Of a stretch of 31,513 bases of DNA, positions 24,611 through 31,513 are shown in pieces; position 1 is the stretch's first letter; every line of letters begins with the position of its first letter. The DNA comes from a virus (lineage: Duplodnaviria; Caudoviricetes), in IMG/VR virus record IMGVR_UViG_3300012933_000163, positions 1-31,513 of that record; one strand, written 5' to 3'. A program made the position numbers and the translations under genes. The notes under the pieces are model-generated. The model had not been told where the DNA came from and did no database searches. It saw nothing but the letters and a program-made list of their open reading frames with translations.

Positions 24611-24771
24611 AAGAAGAAAAAGGATTGGTTTACACAGAGACAAAAATACCAGTAATTCCATTGGTAAGGTATTGCTCTGATTGCAGATATTACTTGCAGA
24701 CAGCTTCTAAGCATCCTTGTGAGGAATGTTTGAAGAACACTAAGGGCGAAGCATGGGAGCCTATTAAATGA
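24607..24771 (+). CDS. 54-aa Cys4 protein
   Basis: ..YCSDCRY..PCEECL..WEP; AAGGA RBS; ATGA coupling both ends. Confidence 0.55.
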   Translation: MKEEKGLVYTETKIPVIPLVRYCSDCRYYLQTASKHPCEECLKNTKGEAWEPIK

Positions 24772-25040
24772 GGCGAGCCGCACGCGTAGATGCCAATCAA
24801 GAGCAAATTGTTTCAGCTCTTCGTGCGGCAGGTGCTTATGTGTGGATTATTGGCTTGCCAGTAGATTTACTCGTTGGCGTAGGGGATAAAACTTTTTTGG
24901 TAGAAATCAAGACAAACGAGAAAAAGAAGCTGACCAAGCTACAAACAGACTTTTTCGCTAACTGGACAGGCGGCACTCTTTGCAGGATTGATTCGCCAGA
25001 AGCCGCGCTAAGAATGATTGGCGTTGTCAGCAATTTGTAA
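24768..25040 (+). CDS. VRR-NUC/PD-(D/E)xK endonuclease (resolvase-like)
   Basis: RAARVDANQEQIVSALR..PVDLLVG..LVEIK..LTKLQTDF. Confidence 0.75.
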   Translation: MRRAARVDANQEQIVSALRAAGAYVWIIGLPVDLLVGVGDKTFLVEIKTNEKKKLTKLQTDFFANWTGGTLCRIDSPEAALRMIGVVSNL

Positions 25041-25086
25041 GAATCGTGTAGACAATACACATATCAACAATCAAGGAATTGAAATG
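25035..25086 (+). promoter_or_regulatory. second copy of early promoter/leader
   Basis: TTGTAAG-N9-GACAAT; 25056-25086 matches 22535-22565 at 28/31. Confidence 0.55.
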
Positions 25087-25692
25087 AAGACATTTGCAGA
25101 GTTACGCAAAATCAGCGTGTTAGACAAAATGAAAAAGAAGGGTCGTTTTAACTATCTTTCTTGGGCGTATGCCGTTGATGTGCTGTTGCAAGAAGACAAA
25201 GATGCTAATTGGGAATTTAAAGCGCCGCAAATGTTTGGCGAGACAATGATGGTGTTTTGCACTGTTACAGCTTTTGGACATTCTCGCACTGCATTTTTGC
25301 CAGTAATGAACATGAGCAACCAAGCTATTGCCAACCCAGATGCAAATCAAGTAAACAAAGCTATGCAACGCTGTTTGGTTAAGGCTATTGCTTTGCATGG
25401 CATTGCGCTTTACATCTACGAAGGCGAAGATTTGCCAGATGAAGAAGAAAAAATAATCATCACTCCAAACCAAGGAGCTGGTGAAGATTTGTCAGCAGAA
25501 GAAAAAGAGTTTATTGGCGAACTTTCTGTTCAAATCATTGATCTTTTTAAAGACGACAAAAAAGACGAAGCATTTACGCATTTGCAAAATCAAAATTTAG
25601 AAAATGAACAGAAACTTTACCTTTGGGCAAAGTTACCAAGTAATTTGCGTTCTTTCATTAAAAAGAAAAACGAAGAATTGAAAAATGCGTAA
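25084..25692 (+). CDS. Sak-like (Rad52-type, DUF1071) single-strand annealing protein
   Basis: YLSWAYA..MVFCTVT..LPVMN..VNKAMQRCLVKAIALHGIALYIYEGEDLP; start MKTF at 25084. Confidence 0.85.
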   Translation: MKTFAELRKISVLDKMKKKGRFNYLSWAYAVDVLLQEDKDANWEFKAPQMFGETMMVFCTVTAFGHSRTAFLPVMNMSNQAIANPDANQVNKAMQRCLVKAIALHGIALYIYEGEDLPDEEEKIIITPNQGAGEDLSAEEKEFIGELSVQIIDLFKDDKKDEAFTHLQNQNLENEQKLYLWAKLPSNLRSFIKKKNEELKNA

Positions 25693-26146
25693 ACGCACAC
25701 GCCGCAAGGTATACGCACTTGTTAACCCCATAGAAATGGCGGTTACAGGTGCGTGTGTATCAGCCGAGAAGCCGCTTAATAAGTTGCGATTGGCTGAGTT
25801 ATGCGCTATTGACGCTATGACAAAAGGCGTAGGCACACCAGAGGATTTCCGCTGGATTGCAGACGTGTTGAACATTAGTGAAACAATGTGTCACATGGGC
25901 ATTGGCAAAGATGAAGTGCTACCACTGTGCAAACAGGCACAGGATGCGCTTTTAGAGGCCAAAGAACGCTTTGACAAGGTAGGTCGATTGGCTTTAACTG
26001 GTGAAGGCATTAGAGCCATTAAAGAGCTGCACGAACTGCACGATTTACAGCGTACAAGTGTTGCGCGTAGCGTGTACGAAACGGCAATCAAAAAGACAGC
26101 GGACAGAATCCGTAGTCGTGCCAAAGACGTGATTGAGATTTCATGA
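25685..26146 (+). CDS. conserved phage hypothetical protein
   Basis: 153 aa helical; MRKRTRRK start; overlaps both neighbours. Confidence 0.65.
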   Translation: MRKRTRRKVYALVNPIEMAVTGACVSAEKPLNKLRLAELCAIDAMTKGVGTPEDFRWIADVLNISETMCHMGIGKDEVLPLCKQAQDALLEAKERFDKVGRLALTGEGIRAIKELHELHDLQRTSVARSVYETAIKKTADRIRSRAKDVIEIS

Positions 26147-26514
26147 GCTACTTTGTTTTGTCACATGATGCAGCTAGAGCAAATGCCATAGAAGCCATTA
26201 AAACAGCGCCACAAGGCTATTGTGTAAGCATCAAAGCACCAACACGAAGCCTTGAGCAAAACTCGCTGATGTGGTCTGTTTTGAACGACATAGCGCGTCA
26301 GGTTGAATGGTATGGCGAAAAGTTGACTAGTGAAGATTGGAAAACAATGCTAACGGCATCGGTGAAAAAACAAAAGACACGTCCAGGAATTGACGGTGGG
26401 TTTGTGGTGATGGGTACGTCAACCAGCAAAATGACTGTAACTGAAATGACAGAACTTATTGAGTTAGCCTATGCTTTTGGCGCTGATAAGAACGTAAGAT
26501 TTACTCATAACTAG
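26143..26514 (+). CDS. ninB: NinB/Orf recombination protein
   Basis: TRSLEQNSLMWSVLNDIARQVEW..EDWK..PGIDGGFVVMGTSTSKMTVTEMTELIE..AFGA. Confidence 0.9.
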   Translation: MSYFVLSHDAARANAIEAIKTAPQGYCVSIKAPTRSLEQNSLMWSVLNDIARQVEWYGEKLTSEDWKTMLTASVKKQKTRPGIDGGFVVMGTSTSKMTVTEMTELIELAYAFGADKNVRFTHN

Positions 26515-26524
26515 GAGAAATCAC

Positions 26525-26713
26525 ATGGAATGGATTGTTGAAGAAAAAGTGCCAGCATACTTGCCACATGAGTTTTTTGTAATGATTTACAACCAAGTGC
26601 GAAAAGTAAAAGCTGATGGATTTGGAAATCTGCTTTTCAAAGACTGCAATCACCCTTTGCAAAATGCTTTGTGTGATAGGGAAAAGGTTACAGCATGGAC
26701 TTTGAGCAAATAA
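26525..26713 (+). CDS. hypothetical protein
   Basis: 62 aa; MEWIV..VTAW pattern; AGGAG RBS. Confidence 0.55.
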   Translation: MEWIVEEKVPAYLPHEFFVMIYNQVRKVKADGFGNLLFKDCNHPLQNALCDREKVTAWTLSK

Positions 26714-26865
26714 AAGAAACCCAAGCCAACATCATTGTGCAAATGGCGCAGATTGAAGGTTGGAAAGACTATGCGCGGCAAAGACTGCGCGAGTTGATGA
26801 AAGAGCCTTTGTTTGAAGGCATTGACAAACTGGTTAAACAAAAACTTGAGGAGATAGACAAATGA
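26695..26865 (+). CDS. 56-aa hypothetical protein
   Basis: MDFEQIKETQANIIVQMAQIEGWKDYARQRLRELMKEPLFEGIDKLVKQKLEEIDK. Confidence 0.55.
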   Translation: MDFEQIKETQANIIVQMAQIEGWKDYARQRLRELMKEPLFEGIDKLVKQKLEEIDK

Positions 26866-27020
26866 ATGAAGCAATAAAATTAACTTCAATAATTTTATTG
26901 ATGTTTTTAGGTGCAATTTTCACGTTTGGCGGGTCAAATACACCAAGTCGATTAATTGGAGTAATTGGTTTATTTGCTGCTATCTTTAACGCATTTACTT
27001 ATTTTGGAGTAATAGCATGA
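26862..27020 (+). CDS. 52-aa two-TM membrane protein
   Basis: MNEAIKLTSIILLMFLGAIFTFGG..LIGVIGLFAAIFNAFTYFGVIA; GAGGAG RBS; ATGA coupling. Confidence 0.55.
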   Translation: MNEAIKLTSIILLMFLGAIFTFGGSNTPSRLIGVIGLFAAIFNAFTYFGVIA

Positions 27021-27205
27021 AAGAGATTTTTTACACCATGTTAGTTTTGCTAGGAACTACCGTAGTGGCTCTTGCTCTGCTTTTTCTCGGTGCATGGCTT
27101 GATGCAGGGTTAGAACCAGATCAAGTGATTATCAAGCCAGAAAAAGTGGTTACTTGCGAACCAGTAGGCAAAGGCTGGAGCAAGTGTTCTACTGAGTGGA
27201 TTTAA
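27017..27205 (+). CDS. membrane-anchored small protein
   Basis: N-terminal TM, two C-terminal Cys; last gene of rightward arm. Confidence 0.55.
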   Translation: MKEIFYTMLVLLGTTVVALALLFLGAWLDAGLEPDQVIIKPEKVVTCEPVGKGWSKCSTEWI

Positions 27206-27762
27206 ACGATTAGGCTAACCCGAGCCTCACAGCGTTTAACTAGCCCGTTTAAACGTTTCCCGTTAGCCATTGTCCACTTGCGTAATTCCGTAGGCACAGC
27301 GTCCCAATCGTCTGCGTTTACCTTTTTACGCAAGGTGCTTGATTTAAGGCGACCATTGCCAAGGTTAAAAGCAAAGTCGATCAGCATAGCCAAGCGTTTT
27401 GCATTGTCTACATTAGGGCAGAACTTTAAAACAGCAGGTAGGTACTCTTTTTTTACCATCCACTGCAATAATTCATCTGCTTCAGCTTTGGTTATTTTTG
27501 GGTCGCTCATCTTCACACGAGAACCATCTTTGTAATAGGTAGCGCCGTATCCGATAGTAGGCACACCAGCAGGGCAGAGATATGGGACTAGATAAAGCCC
27601 CTCAAAGCGTTTAGCAAGTTCGGCGGCAATAGCAACGCAGTCGATAGGCTTATGCTCTACCTCTACTTTTGGCTCTGGCGTAGAAGCGACCTTAACAGCT
27701 TCGTGCTTATCGCCACCACGCGCTACAAACTCTAGCGCCCTTGCTAGTGTTTCGGCATCCAT
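27202..27762 (-). CDS. endolysin, GH24 phage lysozyme
   Basis: FEGLYLVPYLCPAGVPTIGYG (E-x8-C-x5-T triad), FAFNLG, SSTLRKKVN, GLVKRCEA. Confidence 0.92.
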   Translation of the reverse strand: MDAETLARALEFVARGGDKHEAVKVASTPEPKVEVEHKPIDCVAIAAELAKRFEGLYLVPYLCPAGVPTIGYGATYYKDGSRVKMSDPKITKAEADELLQWMVKKEYLPAVLKFCPNVDNAKRLAMLIDFAFNLGNGRLKSSTLRKKVNADDWDAVPTELRKWTMANGKRLNGLVKRCEARVSLIV

Positions 27763-28226
27763 TACTTGCCACGCTTCATTAAGTTACGGTCAGCCAAGTA
27801 AATACCCAAAGCCGCCGAACAGATAGAAACAGCGTTGTCAGTCATGGCGGCGATAACGTGAAACTCACCTAGCGTAATCATTGCAATAGCCCACGTAGCC
27901 ACAAACGGACGAATGGCAGAGTTCCAGCTATCTAGCCATTGAATACCAGTTTGTTTAGTGGTCGATTCAACAACATTAGCCCATGCTTGCGTCTCTAGTT
28001 CGTTAATTGCGGCCTCAGACTGCACACGAATAATCTTTTCGCCAATCTCAGCCTGTACGCGAATTGCCTCAAGATTTCGAGCGTGTTGCTTTTCATCTTG
28101 CTCCGCTTGAAACTTCAAACGGTCAAGTTCGTGCAAGTGGTCTTGGCGAGAAGTTAGCCAGTGGGAAATTTCTCCCCAAAGCATCCTGAATACTGAGCCA
28201 CCTAGAAAACTAAAAACTGTTAGCAT
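27762..28226 (-). CDS. holin-like membrane protein
   Basis: directly upstream of endolysin (TAATG); hydrophobic ends, coiled-coil middle, SAIRP and basic C-terminus. Confidence 0.55.
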   Translation of the reverse strand: MLTVFSFLGGSVFRMLWGEISHWLTSRQDHLHELDRLKFQAEQDEKQHARNLEAIRVQAEIGEKIIRVQSEAAINELETQAWANVVESTTKQTGIQWLDSWNSAIRPFVATWAIAMITLGEFHVIAAMTDNAVSICSAALGIYLADRNLMKRGK

Positions 28227-28235
28227 GATTACTCC

Positions 28236-28385
28236 TTATGCTGGAAGTGGTGTATTACCTGCTTTAAGCCATTGCAAATAGGCTTGGTAGTCTGTATTGG
28301 CAGGATCAAAAGGAATACACGCCATGTCAAGTAGTCGTTGCACAGATTTTGATCTTCCGTCTAAATCTCTAAGAAGTTTATACAT
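28236..28385 (-). CDS. 49-aa tail-fibre assembly/chaperone-like protein
   Basis: MYKLL..CIPFDPANTDYQAYLQWLKAGNTPLPA motif recalled after tail fibres. Confidence 0.7.
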   Translation of the reverse strand: MYKLLRDLDGRSKSVQRLLDMACIPFDPANTDYQAYLQWLKAGNTPLPA

Positions 28386-28387
28386 GA

Positions 28388-29683
28388 TTACAGTTCCGCT
28401 GAAATGGTAAATGTTTCACTGTATTGATTTGTTCCCGTTGCCGTTGCTGTTCTAAATGATGTAAAACTATTAACGGTAATGGTTGTCTGTTGCGGCGTAG
28501 CACTTACATTGGTGTTTGAAGTGTTGGTTTGCACAATAGTAGGACTTGCTCTTTTCGTTACTTTGAATGGGGCTGTTGCGCCAAAGTTTGAACCAACAGA
28601 TACATAGCCAATTGGGAAAATATCCCCTACCTCAAAGTACCGCTGACACAAAGCCAACTCAGTACCATACGGTCGGTAGTCAAACGATGTTGCTACGCCG
28701 CCTTTTTCAAACTGAGGCAATGACAAAGTGCCAGTGTTAAATTCAATGCTTGTGTTTGTACCACCAACAACAGTAGCAGTTACGCCACTTGCGCCATAAG
28801 TACCACTAGCTACACGACCTTGAGCAGTACCTGTCCAAGAAAGAATGTACGAGCCTGATTCAAGGTTCAATCCTTCGATAACTTGAATCAAAGAGCCAGC
28901 AGAAATTGTGAATGTTGTAACGTTGTTTGACGTAGAAAACGTATAAGTACAACCACTAGAGCCTGCCTTAAAACGATCATGCCCGTAAGAGCCAGCAGTC
29001 AATGTAACCGTACCTGAAACAGCACGCTGATTGATTAGACCTTGCGCGTTAATCAAACGATTTTTGAAACCAAACGTATTCGGCACGTTAATGCTGTTTG
29101 TTACGGTTAGGTTAGTCAACGTAGGACTTTGCGGATTGACAGAAGCACTTTGATACGCCACCACTTGCCAACCATCAGCAGTACCTAAAGTAGCGCGAGG
29201 AATAACGATTAAGCAGTCGCCAGCAGCAGTAGTAATGTTTGCACCGCCTGGCAATGTCAAAGCAGAGCCATTTGTCAGCGTTACAGCACCCTCAAAACGA
29301 AGGAATCGTGGGCCTTTATAGTTAGCGCCAAACGATGTAATTGTTGTCGAGCCAGTGATGCGCAAGAAGTTTGTTAACTGTGCGCCAATGTCGGTAGTAG
29401 CGGCACTTGCTAAGTCTTGCTCTGTGCCTTGGTTGAACAATTGCTCATAAATCAATGCTTGACCGCTTGCAGTACCAGCGCCTTGACCAGTGATCTTGTT
29501 GCCACCCATTTGCAGGTTGCCAGTCATTACAGTTTGACCATCACGGCTAACAGACTGAGTAAGCGCGGCAACTAGGTCATTCAAAATGTCCTGCCAATCG
29601 CTATAAACCGCTTGCTGCCCTGAAACGGCTGGATTCCAGCTATTTGATGGACTTACATAATTTCCACTGCCGTCACGAGACAT
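28388..29683 (-). CDS. tail fibre protein
   Basis: MSRDGSGNY..LTQSVSRDGQT adaptor; FKNRLIN..QFEKG.VATSFDYRPYGTELALCQRYF C-terminal module. Confidence 0.8.
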   Translation of the reverse strand: MSRDGSGNYVSPSNSWNPAVSGQQAVYSDWQDILNDLVAALTQSVSRDGQTVMTGNLQMGGNKITGQGAGTASGQALIYEQLFNQGTEQDLASAATTDIGAQLTNFLRITGSTTITSFGANYKGPRFLRFEGAVTLTNGSALTLPGGANITTAAGDCLIVIPRATLGTADGWQVVAYQSASVNPQSPTLTNLTVTNSINVPNTFGFKNRLINAQGLINQRAVSGTVTLTAGSYGHDRFKAGSSGCTYTFSTSNNVTTFTISAGSLIQVIEGLNLESGSYILSWTGTAQGRVASGTYGASGVTATVVGGTNTSIEFNTGTLSLPQFEKGGVATSFDYRPYGTELALCQRYFEVGDIFPIGYVSVGSNFGATAPFKVTKRASPTIVQTNTSNTNVSATPQQTTITVNSFTSFRTATATGTNQYSETFTISAEL

Positions 29684-29787
29684 TTGCTATCCTTTACCGT
29701 TACGAGACATAGTGCCTCAATTACCGCAATTTTACACGCTTGCCATGCTTTGCGCTATACCATAGAAACAATGCCAATTAACCACTC

Positions 29788-29949
29788 AAGTTAGTAGGTC
29801 TTAACATTGGCTCTTTATGCGGTTTGTAGCGCAAGTTAGTAATCACTTACGTTGTATGCCGCATATTTACTTGTCAATAGCTTTTTAGCTGTTTTTGTAA
29901 AAATAATTTACCAAGTTACGCTACATAGCCAGTTAAGAGCTACTAACTT
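29788..29949. repeat. long imperfect inverted repeat
   Basis: 29788-29805 vs 29932-29949 (17/18) and 29825-29842 vs 29908-29925 (15/18). Confidence 0.7.
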
Positions 29950-29987
29950 AATGAAAAGTACCAAAAAGTGCGTTTACATTAACTAAT

Positions 29988-30016
29988 AAGGACTTCGAGA
30001 AGTCTCGAATGTCCTT
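29988..30016. terminator. strong hairpin, possible terminator
   Basis: AAGGAC-TTCGAG..CTCGAA-T-GTCCTT. Confidence 0.45.
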
Positions 30017-30077
30017 TACAAATGTTGGAGTTAGCTCTCCTCCAAACCTCTCTCAAAATGTTGGTGCTAGGAATACT

Positions 30078-30542
30078 ATGATTACTCAAGAACAAGTTAA
30101 GCAACTGTTTGACTACGATGAAAACGGTTACTTTGTGAGAAAAAGCAATAAAAAAATAGCTGGGTCAATAGACAATAAAAATTATTTCAGATTAACAATC
30201 TGCCAAAAATCATATCAACTACATCGTGTAATTTGGCTTTGGCATTATGGCGAATTGCCAACAAATGATGTTGACCACATAGATGGAAACCCATCAAACA
30301 ACAAAATAGAGAATTTACGTTTAGCAACTAGAAGTGAAAATCTAGGAAATACAAAGATTCAAAAGAACAATACAACTGGATTTAAAGGCGTTTCTTTTTA
30401 TAAAAGAACTTGCAAGTTTCAATCTAGGATTCAGAAAAACAAAAAACTTGTTCATTTAGGCTTTTTTGACACACCAGAAGAAGCTCACGAAGCCTATAAA
30501 CAAGCAGCAATCAAGCATTTTGGAGAATTTGCACGTTACTAG
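30078..30542 (+). CDS. HNH homing endonuclease with AP2-like domain
   Basis: MITQEQVKQLFDY..LHRVIW..VDHIDGNPSNNKIENLR..NTTGFKGV..HLGFF..FGEFAR; AGGA RBS. Confidence 0.9.
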   Translation: MITQEQVKQLFDYDENGYFVRKSNKKIAGSIDNKNYFRLTICQKSYQLHRVIWLWHYGELPTNDVDHIDGNPSNNKIENLRLATRSENLGNTKIQKNNTTGFKGVSFYKRTCKFQSRIQKNKKLVHLGFFDTPEEAHEAYKQAAIKHFGEFARY

Positions 30543-30580
30543 GTAAAATTGTAAGCGTCACTTAAGAAAAGGCGCTTATC

Positions 30581-30640
30581 ATGTACTTACTTATAGCTTT
30601 GTTGCTGTATTACTTTATAAAATGGTTGATGAAAAAATAG
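30581..30640 (+). CDS. 19-aa hydrophobic peptide MYLLIALLLYYFIKWLMKK
   Basis: AAGG RBS within upstream hairpin; single TM plus basic tail. Confidence 0.35.
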   Translation: MYLLIALLLYYFIKWLMKK

Positions 30641-30656
30641 CCCCGAAGGGCTAAAA
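30632..30656 (-). terminator. rho-independent terminator after injection-protein gene
   Basis: TAGCCC-TTCG-GGGCTA-TTTTTT on minus strand. Confidence 0.8.
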
Positions 30657-30668
30657 CTAGGAGAGAAC

Positions 30669-30794
30669 ATGAACTCGATTGAACTTACAAATATTTTGCT
30701 TGTTGTGCTTGGTATTCAGCTTATTAGGTCTACAAAGGAGATTACTAGTCTCTTGCGCTTAATACTGGAGCAGATTTATAAGCCCCCTGTCTAA
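30669..30794 (+). CDS. 41-aa membrane peptide
   Basis: MNSIELTNILLVVLGIQLIRSTKEITSLLRLILEQIYKPPV; strong AGGAG RBS. Confidence 0.45.
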   Translation: MNSIELTNILLVVLGIQLIRSTKEITSLLRLILEQIYKPPV

Positions 30795-31512
30795 GAGCAT
30801 CCACCATTGCGTTTGGTTTAGCCAACTTGCCAGCTCCGTAAAACAACTCACCTGCAAGTCTTGGGGATGTCCCAATAAAATTAGCAGCAGCAGCGGGAAC
30901 GCCACCAGCCGCGTAGCTACCGATAGCAGCTAAAGGTGACTGTGCAAGGCTTTGAAAACCTCTTGGTGTCCATGTGTTCAATGCTTGGCCAGCCAATGCC
31001 GGCATTATTTGTTGTCCACCAGCTTGTTCTAACTTTCCTGCCAAATCCATACGATTTCCGTAGTTCGTATTGGCGTTGTTACGCATTAAACTTTGCAGCT
31101 TACGCATAGAAGTGTCAGCAGACGCCTTTTGACCAAGAGATAACGCTTGCTCAATCTCTTTAGTTAGCTTGCTTGCTTCGCTATATGCGCTCATTGTGTC
31201 TGCATACTTTGGCGCTTGGTTTTTGATTTCGTTCTTGATTCCGTTGTAAACATCACCCACCGCTGAACGGGCTGTTTTTTGCTCAAAAGGGATAGATTCA
31301 AGAACGTCACCAACCTTTTGTTTTAGCGCGTCTAAACCTTCAGGCGTGTGAAACTCAGCAGGGTCTAACTGTTTCCAATTGTCGATCTCTGCTTGAGCCT
31401 TGCCAAGATAGTTGGCAGCGCCTTCGTTCTTAATTTGGCCTTTAAATGCGACTTTACCAAACGCATCACCAAGAGATTTGTCAATGCCACCAAAATCTAA
31501 AACTGTTTTGTC
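30745..31512 (-). CDS. internal virion/DNA injection protein, 3' part only
   Basis: frame open to window edge (256 codons); helical Ala/Gly-rich C-terminus (HTPEGLDALKQ..SPRLAGE); upstream of tail fibre as in podoviruses. Confidence 0.6.
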   Translation of the reverse strand, partial: DKTVLDFGGIDKSLGDAFGKVAFKGQIKNEGAANYLGKAQAEIDNWKQLDPAEFHTPEGLDALKQKVGDVLESIPFEQKTARSAVGDVYNGIKNEIKNQAPKYADTMSAYSEASKLTKEIEQALSLGQKASADTSMRKLQSLMRNNANTNYGNRMDLAGKLEQAGGQQIMPALAGQALNTWTPRGFQSLAQSPLAAIGSYAAGGVPAAAANFIGTSPRLAGELFYGAGKLAKPNAMVDALRQGAYKSAPVLSARD

Positions 31513-31513
31513 T

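Noticed and set aside
28388-29100. Diversity-generating retroelement target in the tail fibre
   Set aside because: No reverse transcriptase and no template/variable repeat pair seen in the window.
1-31513. Alternative genetic code, tRNA genes, integrase/repressor or CRISPR array
   Set aside because: Genes are full length in the standard code and use all three stops; no cloverleaf, recombinase, cI-like gene or repeat-spacer array was recognised by eye. The rest of the genome is not visible.

Overview
This window is part of a tailed dsDNA phage genome (Caudoviricetes). The P22/podovirus-like portal and injection proteins suggest a podovirus; a betaproteobacterial or aquatic host is only a weak inference. 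Bases 1-15.8 kb hold the minus-strand packaging/head module: terS, terL, head-fibre-like protein, portal, small membrane proteins, a 922-aa beta-rich virion protein, scaffold, major capsid and decoration proteins. Bases 15.8-27.2 kb hold two divergent arms of small early genes: SSB, C5 DNA methyltransferase, a replication-initiator C-terminal-domain protein, DUF1364, VRR-NUC-like nuclease, Sak-like annealing protein and NinB. Bases 27.2-31.5 kb hold endolysin, a holin-like gene, tail fibre with chaperone, and a partial injection protein. Five free-standing homing endonucleases are interspersed. No integrase, repressor, polymerase, primase, helicase, tRNA or CRISPR array was recognised. The most notable observations are: (1) a promoter-driven ~600-nt non-coding, nested-stem region at 19.7-20.33 kb, close to a replication protein lacking its DNA-binding half (candidate RNA-based origin system); (2) a cytosine methyltransferase split over two fully overlapping reading frames (M.EcoHK31I-like); (3) a duplicated in-frame start mini-ORF and long inverted repeats upstream of the tail fibre; (4) stand-alone IleRS-type and TFIIS-type zinc-finger microproteins. 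All calls come from reading the sequence; no database search or folding calculation was run.
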